A stretch of DNA of 54,083 nucleotides from Legionellales bacterium UBA7366 (GTDB taxonomy: Bacteria > Pseudomonadota > Gammaproteobacteria > UBA7366): contig DKOI01000112.1 of the NCBI GenBank assembly GCA_002469885.1, positions 1 through 54,083 of the forward strand. The letters are read 5' to 3'. Below are positions 32,321-41,248 of this stretch, in pieces. Below the pieces are notes generated by a model. The model saw nothing but the letters and a program-made list of their open reading frames with translations. It did no database searches and was not told where the DNA came from. Numbering within the stretch: the stretch's first letter is position 1; every line of letters starts with the position of its first letter. A program made the position numbers and the translations under genes.

Positions 32321-33373
32321 ATGACAATAAACGATATTCTCGACAAGGCAACAACGCTGTTTAAGAAACTGAGTTTCGGCAATAAACGCCAACTCATTTT
32401 CCTAGAAGATCTATCTGTACTCGTCAGTGACGGCGTTCCCGTCAATCGTGCTATCGATATGCTCACCGAGATATACACAGGCATTAGCCAAGAAGTGGCA
32501 ATCAACTTATCCCAAGCCATTTCTGAAGGAAAACCATTGGCTGAAGCGATGCGCCCTTGGTTTAACGTAAGCTCTGTTGAATTGGTCAGAGCAGGCGAAG
32601 AAGGTGGCACCTTAGATCAAACAATGCATTCAGCCGCCGATGCATTAAAAGAAAAATCCAGTTCCATTTCAGCCGTAGTCGGTGCGATAGTCTACCCCCT
32701 TGTCGTACTGATTGCCGGTTGCCTTGTTATTATTTACATTAACAATTCCATTTTCATCGATTTTAAAGCCATAAAGCCTGTCACCGAATGGCCAACGGTT
32801 GGACGAGCACTAATATCTCTCGCTAACTTTATTCAATATTGGTCATGGCTAGCAATTATCGTTGTCATTGGAAGTATTATCGGATTACGTCACACACTCA
32901 TTAATTATGTCGGTGAGTTACGTCCAACACTGGACAACCTGCCAATCTTCAATGTCTATCGTGATTTAACCGCAGCGCGATTAATGGAAACATTAGGGCT
33001 ATTGGTTTCTAACGGTGTCGTATTCAAAACAGCAATTAAAGTATTGCAATACCACGCCAACCCATACCTCGTCTCTCATTTAATTGGCATGGAGCGTTTA
33101 TTGGGAACCGGTAAAGACAACATTGCAGAAGTGTTGAATACTGGACTTGTCAAACAACAAGATGTGATGCGACTTCGCGTCATTGCTGAAGTGAAAGGCT
33201 TTGAGCACGCACTCATTCGTCTTGGAAAATATGCGGCTATTCAAGGAAATAATACCATCCGAATAGCTGCAAAAATCACTGCAGGCTTTTTGCTTGCTGT
33301 TGGTGGCGGACTCATTATCTTTATGATCTTCGCTATTTATCTCGTGGGTATGTCGTTAGGTACAATCAGTTAA
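32321..33373 (+). CDS. type IV pilus inner-membrane platform protein (PilC/GspF family; R64 PilR-like role)
   Basis: 350 aa with two cytoplasmic helical repeats separated by TM helices. Position is directly after the ATPase. Confidence 0.82.
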   Translation: MTINDILDKATTLFKKLSFGNKRQLIFLEDLSVLVSDGVPVNRAIDMLTEIYTGISQEVAINLSQAISEGKPLAEAMRPWFNVSSVELVRAGEEGGTLDQTMHSAADALKEKSSSISAVVGAIVYPLVVLIAGCLVIIYINNSIFIDFKAIKPVTEWPTVGRALISLANFIQYWSWLAIIVVIGSIIGLRHTLINYVGELRPTLDNLPIFNVYRDLTAARLMETLGLLVSNGVVFKTAIKVLQYHANPYLVSHLIGMERLLGTGKDNIAEVLNTGLVKQQDVMRLRVIAEVKGFEHALIRLGKYAAIQGNNTIRIAAKITAGFLLAVGGGLIIFMIFAIYLVGMSLGTIS

Positions 33374-33399
33374 TAATTAAAATAAGAGGAAAATAAAAA

Positions 33400-33861
33400 A
33401 TGTTAAATAGCCTACAAATTAGAAAAAAAAGAGAAGAAGGGTTCGGTTTGCTCGAATTAATGTTATCAATGGTCGTTGTGGCATTGTTGTTAATCATGGC
33501 AACACGTTACTACCAAAGTGCACGAACATCAGCGCGTGTTAACTCTGCCATTAACATGACACAAGCGGCATTAACCGCTGCTGATAACATCAGTAATGCA
33601 GAGGGTGGTTATACATCCGCTATAACAAGTGATGCGATTAAACCGTTCTTGCCAAACAACAGTTTGCAAACGCCTTGGGGCACGCAATTGACCGTAACGC
33701 CAGCAGGTTCTGGGAGCTCAAGCACAGTAACCTTTGGTATCCCAGCAACCGCAAGCGATTGTACTGCGCTCGTTTCGGCACTGCAAAACACAGCAAACGG
33801 TGCAACATGTGAATCTGACACAGCATCTATCGTCTTTAACTATAACCATAACGCTGTTTAA
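33400..33861 (+). CDS. major prepilin (class III signal peptide)
   Basis: MLNSLQIRKKREEG|FGLLELMLSMVVVALLL has Gly-1, Phe+1 and Glu+5. The mature protein is 139 aa with a C-terminal Cys pair (SDC...17 residues...TC). AGAGGA RBS upstream, and an attenuator hairpin downstream. Confidence 0.85.
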   Translation: MLNSLQIRKKREEGFGLLELMLSMVVVALLLIMATRYYQSARTSARVNSAINMTQAALTAADNISNAEGGYTSAITSDAIKPFLPNNSLQTPWGTQLTVTPAGSGSSSTVTFGIPATASDCTALVSALQNTANGATCESDTASIVFNYNHNAV

Positions 33862-33877
33862 GCTTATGGATAAACAA

Positions 33878-33912
33878 CTGCCCTTTAACGGACTTAAAGG
33901 GCAGCTTTGTTT
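33878..33912 (+). terminator. attenuator/terminator hairpin after the major pilin gene
   Basis: CTGCCCTTTAA (33878..33888) pairs with TTAAAGGGCAG (33894..33904) across a 5-nt loop, followed by CTTTGTTT. Confidence 0.65.
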
Positions 33913-33924
33913 GAGGCAATTAAG

Positions 33925-34695
33925 ATGAAAAACAACAACCAAGGTTTGTCATTACTCGAAATATTACTCGCACTCTCAATTATCAGCGCGATAACTATTT
34001 TGGGCATAAAGCAATATTTTGTATTTAAACAACATAAAAATATTGTCCAAGTCACAAAACAAGTGAATGACTTACTCACAGCCAGTGGAAAGTTTTATGT
34101 CGCAAACTGCATAAGCGACCCATCATCTGATGCGCAATACGCTTCAGCAAAACAAACGTTGGACACCGCGTTACAGGGTGTTAATATCCAAACGGATTTA
34201 CAAGCCTACTTACCCATAGCGGTTGATAGGCTTGTAAACCCTTTCGGTCAATTTGATAATGAACAATCTTATAAAGTCGCGTTAATACAAGCGCCTTTTA
34301 CACCCAAAGATATGACGAGTGGAAACTGGGAACAAAATGATAAAACCTATCACGATAATAATTACAGTACCCAGGGGTTTGATTCGAATGTGTTGTGGCA
34401 AACACAAGTTAAGGCATGCATTACTGAACTGGTTTCAAAAGACTCGGGAGAATCTATAAACCCTGACGCTATCCGGGCTTACTTCAAAGCTGATGGTTAT
34501 GATCTTAACGATGGAAGTTGTACAAACGGGGTGGTATTAACCTGGACACGATTGCCACGCAACGTTGCATTGGCAGGGTCGAATAACGCAAGCGCAAGAG
34601 GCGCTTCAGCGCAATACAATAAAATGGGGCAGTGGTCTCCCTGGATGAAAGAACAATTCGGTCAAGATAGATTTAACTACTTATGTCAAACCTAG
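33925..34695 (+). CDS. minor pilin-like protein (256 aa)
   Basis: MKNNNQG|LSLLEILLALSIISAI has Gly-1 and Glu+5. ATG 33925 with GAGG 8 nt upstream is preferred to the track start 33907. The globular part has four Cys. Confidence 0.75.
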   Translation: MKNNNQGLSLLEILLALSIISAITILGIKQYFVFKQHKNIVQVTKQVNDLLTASGKFYVANCISDPSSDAQYASAKQTLDTALQGVNIQTDLQAYLPIAVDRLVNPFGQFDNEQSYKVALIQAPFTPKDMTSGNWEQNDKTYHDNNYSTQGFDSNVLWQTQVKACITELVSKDSGESINPDAIRAYFKADGYDLNDGSCTNGVVLTWTRLPRNVALAGSNNASARGASAQYNKMGQWSPWMKEQFGQDRFNYLCQT

Positions 34696-34714
34696 ATAAA
34701 CGAGGCAACTAAAA

Positions 34715-35629
34715 ATGCGCGTGATAAAAAAACAACAAGGCTTTAGCCTGCTCGAAGTGATGTTAGTCTTAGTCATTCTAGTTGCATTAGGCACGCTGGC
34801 TATTTCGACTATGCGCAGTAAAATGATCAACGTTCGTTTAGAACGTACGGCTGAGCAAATGCAACAAGTTACACAATCTGCTGTCTCCTACTTTATAGAC
34901 AATCACATGTGGCCTAGCGAATATCTTTCATTTACGACTGACGGCATCAGCACACTGGCGCAAGAAGCTTATCTTCCCCAGTCAATGCTAGATGACAGCA
35001 ACGAATTTACCAGCTCTTGGGGCACACCTTATGAAACCAAGCTCTCTGACAGTGAAGGTCGACAATTTTTAGTCCGCGTGGATGTTGGCAATGAGAGTTA
35101 TGCAAGCGTGTTAAGAGGCATGCTGCCAATGGCCTACCTTGATGGGACGAATGTTATCACTAGCGTTAATGTGCCTAGCTATAATTATAATAACGCACAG
35201 AGCGTCAGTCATATGGGAATTTATACTCTAGGCGCCTGCGTCCCAGAGCCCGCTTGCCCAACGGGAATGAAGGCTCAAATAACGACAACACCTGCTGGCC
35301 TGGCTGGAATAACATCCGTTAACTCAAGTGGCTCAACTACGCCCATCCAGAGTTTCATGGCATATGCCTATGGAAAAAGCAGCAAAGATAAATCGCCCGT
35401 ATCAAAACCTCTCCTTTGCCCAAACCAGGAGTTAACAACGGGCTCTTGCTCAGGTGGAGAAACAGGAAACTATTGGCGCGCATGTTTATCCGGCACAGCT
35501 TCTGGGGGCGAAATTGTTAATTTTACAGAACAAAAGGGCACTGTGAAAAATCACGCTATTCAAATTTTAGCCATGACAAATTGTGTTCCGGAAAAAAACA
35601 GTTCATACACCCAATTTTCTAAAAATTAA
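34715..35629 (+). CDS. large minor pilin-like protein (304 aa; adhesin candidate)
   Basis: MRVIKKQQG|FSLLEVMLVLVILVAL has Gly-1, Phe+1 and Glu+5. The C-terminal 130 aa has six Cys. Confidence 0.75.
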   Translation: MRVIKKQQGFSLLEVMLVLVILVALGTLAISTMRSKMINVRLERTAEQMQQVTQSAVSYFIDNHMWPSEYLSFTTDGISTLAQEAYLPQSMLDDSNEFTSSWGTPYETKLSDSEGRQFLVRVDVGNESYASVLRGMLPMAYLDGTNVITSVNVPSYNYNNAQSVSHMGIYTLGACVPEPACPTGMKAQITTTPAGLAGITSVNSSGSTTPIQSFMAYAYGKSSKDKSPVSKPLLCPNQELTTGSCSGGETGNYWRACLSGTASGGEIVNFTEQKGTVKNHAIQILAMTNCVPEKNSSYTQFSKN

Positions 35630-35755
35630 TGGCAATAGCCTAGAGTATCAAGGAGTTAGAAGAAAATGTTAGCGAAATCGTTGTTTACAATGTGCTCAGA
35701 AACCAGTTATAATCATCAATCTGCTGCAAACAATAACAATAAACGCGGAGACAGA

Positions 35756-36277
35756 ATGAAAGCACTGCTCACAGGCCTACTGGGCTTTATTACACTATAC
35801 CCCTTCCTAGCCCAAGCAGGATGGCAAGCTCAAGATACTCAACCCAATCCTGACACACAGTTTGTTTCTTCAGAAGCGAATGGGGCATGGAAAGAGGCCT
35901 CTCCAGAGTTGGGTAGCGAGTTTGAACCCTTTTTTGAACCTGCCAACTTGAATGCCAAAAAAAATAATGAACAACAGACTGCTAACATTGAAGACAGCGC
36001 CGCAATTGCCTCAAAACCAGAGCCTGCAAAATTAACAATGTTAATGCTAGAGCCTGGCACACTCAAAGAAAATATCGAACGCATGAATCAAATGTTACCC
36101 AACCCTTGGCGTATTAAATGGACAAGTGAAAATGATTACCTTGTCACAGGCAATGCAAACGTGAGCGGAGACAATTTCTACGACGCCATCGGAAACCTTT
36201 TAAAATATTATCCAGTTCGTGCTGAGTTTTATACCAAAAATCATGTTCTATCTATTGTCTCTGGGAGCGCCTCATGA
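35756..36277 (+). CDS. periplasmic TcpQ/PilL-like pilus biogenesis protein
   Basis: Signal peptide MKALLTGLLGFITLYPFLAQA. The C-terminal block LEPGTLKENIERMNQ...WRIKWTSENDYLVTGNANVSGDNFYDAIGNLLKYYPVRAEFYTKNHVLSIV resembles the TcpQ C-terminal domain as I recall it. An alternative start at 35666 has an AAGGAG RBS. Confidence 0.5.
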   Translation: MKALLTGLLGFITLYPFLAQAGWQAQDTQPNPDTQFVSSEANGAWKEASPELGSEFEPFFEPANLNAKKNNEQQTANIEDSAAIASKPEPAKLTMLMLEPGTLKENIERMNQMLPNPWRIKWTSENDYLVTGNANVSGDNFYDAIGNLLKYYPVRAEFYTKNHVLSIVSGSAS

Positions 36278-37818
36278 AAACAATTCAAAAAACCATTAGA
36301 GTTGCCGTAGTCCTAACAAGCGCATTCACCTTAGCAGCTTGTTCTACCCCTAAACTCTTTTCTCAATCACAAGAAAATGTGAATAAGGTAAAAACGCAAA
36401 TTAAAGACGCTCGACAAGAGGGCGACACGCTCACAAAACCTAAAAGCTCAGTGATTGTAAAAGACGAGCTCTATGTTGATAGCGTGCCGATCAATATTAA
36501 GAAGCAACCTACCTGGTTAAAAGGACGCATCAGTTTACACGGCGACAAACTTCCTTTCTCTTTCTACTCTCGCAATATTGTTAAATCAGCGGGTGTGCTT
36601 ACCAAGTATCAACACCGTTTAGATCCGTCGCTTGAAATCAGCATGAACTATACCGGCGACATTCAAGGCGCCCTCGACTTGCTTGCTGCCAAAACCGGAT
36701 ATTCATACAGCATCAACGGTGACTCCGTTTACTGGAGAGCCTTTGAAACAAAAACATTTAATATTGCCTTCATGCCGGGCTCATCAAATTACATGGTAGG
36801 TAAAGACAAGGTTACTAAAAAGAAAGAAGATGACAGCAACACAAATGAGGTGATCAAAAAAGGAAATGATGATACTGCTAATGATCAATATTCAAACTTG
36901 CAAGCAACGCTTTCTGTTTGGAAAGATATGAACAACACGATTCAATCCATGCTTTCAAAAGAGGGAAGAGTCGTTGTATCAGAATCAACTTCTGCAATTA
37001 CCGTCACCGATCATCCGAGCAACTTAAAAACAATCGGGTTATATATTGATTCAACCAATGCTGATCTCTCAAAGCAAGTCATGATTAAAGTGCAAGTATT
37101 ACAAATCAACCTGCAAGAAAACTTTGTCAATGGCATTAACTGGGATGCGGCTAAAACAATGTTAGGTGGAACTGATTTTACCTTTTCCGGAAACTTTGCA
37201 GCGCCTGTTGCTATTGCGCCTATTGCCGGTATCTCTACCGCAAGCTTTGGAGCAGCTTCTGGTGCCAGCCAAGCATTGATTACCGCCTTGTCACAACAAG
37301 GTCGCATCTCTACAACAACTGAGCCTACTGTTGTTACCACGAACAATCAGGTTGCAACGCTAGGTATCACAACACAGACAGGTTATTTGGCGCAGGTTTC
37401 ATCGACCATCTCTGGTGATACTGGCACGCTCACAACAGATGTTCTGCCTGGACAAGCCATCACAGGTTTAACGTTATTCATACTACCTAAAATTATGGAT
37501 AATAAAGTTTATCTGCAAGTAAGTTCAAGCTTATCCACATTACAAAAAATACAAGACCTTTATTCACAAGGCACGGCAGATAATCCAAACGAAAGCGCGA
37601 CTAAAATTCAAGCGCCGATTATTAATGATAATTCATTCAACCAGCGCAGTGTTATCACATCAGGAACAACGCTGATTTTAGCTGGCTTTAAACAAATACA
37701 TAACGAAGCGAATAACTCTGCTTTTGCACAAATTGATGCATTGGGCGGTAAAGGTGCGGCTCAACAAAACATACAGACCATCATATTAATTACACCTTAC
37801 ATTTTAAATAATAGCTAA
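36274..37818 (+). CDS. lipoprotein secretin (R64 PilN / BfpB / TcpC-type)
   Basis: 514 aa with lipobox LTSAFTLAAC. The C-terminal secretin domain includes SGTTLILAGFKQ...GGKGAAQQNIQTIILITPYIL. ATGA overlap with the previous gene. Confidence 0.8.
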   Translation: MKTIQKTIRVAVVLTSAFTLAACSTPKLFSQSQENVNKVKTQIKDARQEGDTLTKPKSSVIVKDELYVDSVPINIKKQPTWLKGRISLHGDKLPFSFYSRNIVKSAGVLTKYQHRLDPSLEISMNYTGDIQGALDLLAAKTGYSYSINGDSVYWRAFETKTFNIAFMPGSSNYMVGKDKVTKKKEDDSNTNEVIKKGNDDTANDQYSNLQATLSVWKDMNNTIQSMLSKEGRVVVSESTSAITVTDHPSNLKTIGLYIDSTNADLSKQVMIKVQVLQINLQENFVNGINWDAAKTMLGGTDFTFSGNFAAPVAIAPIAGISTASFGAASGASQALITALSQQGRISTTTEPTVVTTNNQVATLGITTQTGYLAQVSSTISGDTGTLTTDVLPGQAITGLTLFILPKIMDNKVYLQVSSSLSTLQKIQDLYSQGTADNPNESATKIQAPIINDNSFNQRSVITSGTTLILAGFKQIHNEANNSAFAQIDALGGKGAAQQNIQTIILITPYILNNS

Positions 37819-37832
37819 AAAGAAGAAGATAA

Positions 37833-39077
37833 ATGCCTAGCATTATACGAGAAAAAGACGGTGCAACATTTACAACCCCTGACTATAGGGAGTTGACGAG
37901 CACCAAAAAAGCATCACTGCTCAAAAGAGAGATACTCATGCTCTCAACACAGCACGGTGATTTTTCTCATATTCGCAAAAAAAATAAGTCGCAATATGAA
38001 GTCGCTTTTTCACATGAATCCGGATTTTTACTCGGTGAAAGTGTTTGGCAACATTTCAATAGACCTTATAACATGGTCTATTGTGAGTTATTACCTAATG
38101 CGGCAGAAGTAATCCTTGTTGTTGTCACGAACGGTAGTATTTTTATAGATACAAAGATACCTCAGCTAAGCGTCCCTGAGGAATTGGCTGTGTTTTTAGG
38201 GGAAGATCATGAGTTTGAAATTTATATTCACGGTGATGTGCCTATAAGTAAAGAGCCTGCTGAAGGGAAATTTTCTTTTTCTAGGCAGACAACAAAAAGC
38301 TTTACCGTGCTCGAAGAATCTTTTTTTGACAATCTAAAACAAGACCCTGAGCTTGAATTGCTCCCAGCTGCGCAAGCCTTAAAAAAACAACGTATTGGAA
38401 CGCTCCCTGTTAAAAATATTGTAGTGGTATCGATCATTGCTGTAATTTTTTGGACGGGATGGGCTAAGCTCACGAACACAAACAGTGTGTTACCTAAAAT
38501 AATCATCAGCGTTGTCGACCCATACACTTTATTTTTAAATACGCTATCAACGCCCGCGCCTGATAAAAGCATACGTCAACTTGTAGATTATATAGAGCGT
38601 GTTTCAGAAGCCCCAGGTTGGAGCATGAAAACGATTTCTTTCAACAAGAGAAATGGTTTTAAATCCTACTTACTCTCCTCCGGAAACAACATTTCTAATC
38701 TGAAAAAATGGGCTTATCAACAGCACATATCAGTTGATATTGATAATAAAGGCGTCTCTGCAAACATCCCAAACACGGTGAAAAACAGAGCGAAGCCAAA
38801 TAAAATCTTTAAGTTGCAAAATGTATTAGGCAACATAGTCGATAGAACCAATAGCATCTTACCGGGCAATGCAATACTACTCCAACCCATTGTCTCTTAC
38901 AGTCAATACAAAGAAATTTCATTTAGTATCACTATCGAAGATGTTACGCCAACATTATTATTACTATTGGCCGAACAATTCACGCAAATGCCTGTTGCAT
39001 TTGATGGCGCTGAACTCACAGTCAATGATAGTGGATTTATATCAGGGACTCTAACCTTAACGGCATTGGGAAATTAA
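37833..39077 (+). CDS. bitopic pilus assembly protein (R64 PilO-like by size and topology)
   Basis: 414 aa with a single central TM (VVVSIIAVIFWTGWAKL). Sits immediately after the lipoprotein secretin, as in R64-type clusters. Homology not verified. Confidence 0.45.
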   Translation: MPSIIREKDGATFTTPDYRELTSTKKASLLKREILMLSTQHGDFSHIRKKNKSQYEVAFSHESGFLLGESVWQHFNRPYNMVYCELLPNAAEVILVVVTNGSIFIDTKIPQLSVPEELAVFLGEDHEFEIYIHGDVPISKEPAEGKFSFSRQTTKSFTVLEESFFDNLKQDPELELLPAAQALKKQRIGTLPVKNIVVVSIIAVIFWTGWAKLTNTNSVLPKIIISVVDPYTLFLNTLSTPAPDKSIRQLVDYIERVSEAPGWSMKTISFNKRNGFKSYLLSSGNNISNLKKWAYQQHISVDIDNKGVSANIPNTVKNRAKPNKIFKLQNVLGNIVDRTNSILPGNAILLQPIVSYSQYKEISFSITIEDVTPTLLLLLAEQFTQMPVAFDGAELTVNDSGFISGTLTLTALGN

Positions 39078-39080
39078 ATT

Positions 39081-39794
39081 ATGAGCACAATAACAGAAAA
39101 ATTAAAAGCGCTAGATAAAGGTCAAAAATCAAAAGTCGGTATTATTTTTATCGCTCTCGTCATCATTATCTATATGTTATCAGACATGATGGGGGAGAAC
39201 AGTGTTTCACAAAACACCATTCGAAAAGCAGAAGCAATCTCGGATACTCATCAGCCCGTCACTAAAAGGCAGAACCCAATCCAACCACAGGTAACCCAAC
39301 TACAACAATCGTTAGTTTCGCCTTCTGAGGGAAAAGAAGTTGTCATGCCTGAAAAACCCAAAAGAAGTCAATCGAATTACTTACAATCAATGGATCAACT
39401 CAAACAACTTCAATTAACACAAAAAATTGAAGCCTTGAAACAATCCATCGCACAAGCAAGGTTGAATCAACTACAAACGAACAAAGACATTACAACCTTG
39501 ATTTCACCTCCAGAGCCAGAGAAAATCGTTGAAAAAGCTACGGCTGTATCGAATGATAATACTGATGCCACTGCCTCTGAACCTGAGGTTATAGTTGAAG
39601 AGTTTAAATTGCTTTATGTCGCAAACGAAGAAAATAGCTGGCAAGCCGTTCTTGGATTAAACGGTAAGTTCTACAATATCAGCATCGGCACCACACTACC
39701 CGATGGGCGAACAGTCGTTAGTATCGGTGGAACAAGCGTTGATTTGACTGATGGTGAAACCAAAACAACTTTATCGATCACGCCTGTTATTTAA
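39081..39794 (+). CDS. PilP-like pilus assembly protein
   Basis: 237 aa. N-terminal TM, a coiled coil (YLQSMDQLKQLQLTQKIEALKQSIAQARL), and a C-terminal beta domain (WQAVLGLNGKFYNISIGTTLPDGRTVVSIGGTSVDL) resembling the R64/ICE PilP family pattern. Confidence 0.5.
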   Translation: MSTITEKLKALDKGQKSKVGIIFIALVIIIYMLSDMMGENSVSQNTIRKAEAISDTHQPVTKRQNPIQPQVTQLQQSLVSPSEGKEVVMPEKPKRSQSNYLQSMDQLKQLQLTQKIEALKQSIAQARLNQLQTNKDITTLISPPEPEKIVEKATAVSNDNTDATASEPEVIVEEFKLLYVANEENSWQAVLGLNGKFYNISIGTTLPDGRTVVSIGGTSVDLTDGETKTTLSITPVI

Positions 39795-41245
39795 TGACGC
39801 CAAAAAGCAGGGGAAAATAAGACGAGAAGTGAAAATATCTCTAATCTACCTGCTAGCATGGCAAACATTAGTGTCCATTTTGCGATATCGCTAAGGCCTT
39901 CATACCCGTTTGCAACACCAGCAATACTCGCGCCTGTGTTTGAAAGCGACGCTGCTAATGCGCCAAACGCTGTGTCTAAATTGATACCCGTCGCCATTAG
40001 AATTAATATCAACGTGATGAATAAAAGAATGTAGACCGACACGAAACTCCAAATGGTTTCAACAATGTGATCCGGCAAAACACGTTTTCCCATTCGAATT
40101 GGAATAATTGCATTTGGGTGAATTAAGCGTTTAATTTCACGGACACTTTGTTTATACATCAACAAAAAACGAACGACTTTAATACCGCCACTGGTTGATG
40201 CAGCACACCCACCGACAATTGCAATGATCATCATCATCGTCGGCAAAAATCTTGGCCAGGTGCTAAATTTGCTAGACACAAACCCCGTTGTCGACATCAC
40301 GGAAACAACATCAAAAGCATCACTAATAATCGCATGGAGCGTCGTCGCCTCATGCACAAAATAATATAAGCTAACGCACAGCACAACGGTCACAAGAAAC
40401 AACAACATCAAAAATGTTTTAAGCTCAACGTCCTTTCTGTAAGGCGCTAAAGATTTTTGTTTTAAGACAAGAAAATGTGACGCAAAACTCACACTTCCCA
40501 AGATCATAAAAACAATCCCAATTAAATTAATCGATGAGCTGTGATAAAAAGCAAAGCTTGCTTCATGCGGTGAAAATCCACCCGTTGATATCGTGCCGAA
40601 ACTCTCACAAATAGCATCGAATGTCGACATGCCTGCAGCCCAATAACTAAAAGCACAAATCAAAACAAGGCCAACATAAATGTACCAAAGCATTTTTGCA
40701 GACTCTGCTAATCTTGGTGTTAGCTTTTCTTCTTTCATAGGGCCCGGGACTTCAGCACGGTATAGTTGCATTCCGCCAATGCCTAATATAGGCAATACCG
40801 CTAAGGCTAAAACAATAATCCCCATTCCACCTAAAAATTCTAACTCTTGCCGATAAAACAAAATAGAGTGGGGCATGAAATCGATGTCATGTAAAACAGA
40901 TGCGCCTGTTGTGGTAATACCTGAGATCGCTTCAAAAAATGCATCTGTGAATGACACATCAGGGTTAGCCGCAATAAGAAAAGGCAAAGCTGAAAACACA
41001 CTCAACACTACCCAAAATAACACAACAATGAGAAAACCATCGCGCGGTCGCAAATCATTTCTTCTATACTTATAACACAATGACTTTAGTGTAATACCTG
41101 TGAACAAGGTAATTGACAAACTTGCGGCAAACGGAAACCAAACTGATTCATGATAAAGCTCATTCACAACAATGGGCGGAACAGCACTCAGACTAAAAAT
41201 CATGAGCAAGGTACCTAAAATGTTTAATATCGTTCCATATTGCAT
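39791..41245 (-). CDS. trkH: Trk-system potassium uptake protein TrkH
   Basis: 484 aa polytopic protein of TrkH length, directly downstream of trkA. Confidence 0.88.
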   Translation of the reverse strand: MQYGTILNILGTLLMIFSLSAVPPIVVNELYHESVWFPFAASLSITLFTGITLKSLCYKYRRNDLRPRDGFLIVVLFWVVLSVFSALPFLIAANPDVSFTDAFFEAISGITTTGASVLHDIDFMPHSILFYRQELEFLGGMGIIVLALAVLPILGIGGMQLYRAEVPGPMKEEKLTPRLAESAKMLWYIYVGLVLICAFSYWAAGMSTFDAICESFGTISTGGFSPHEASFAFYHSSSINLIGIVFMILGSVSFASHFLVLKQKSLAPYRKDVELKTFLMLLFLVTVVLCVSLYYFVHEATTLHAIISDAFDVVSVMSTTGFVSSKFSTWPRFLPTMMMIIAIVGGCAASTSGGIKVVRFLLMYKQSVREIKRLIHPNAIIPIRMGKRVLPDHIVETIWSFVSVYILLFITLILILMATGINLDTAFGALAASLSNTGASIAGVANGYEGLSDIAKWTLMFAMLAGRLEIFSLLVLFSPAFWRH

Positions 41246-41248
41246 AAG

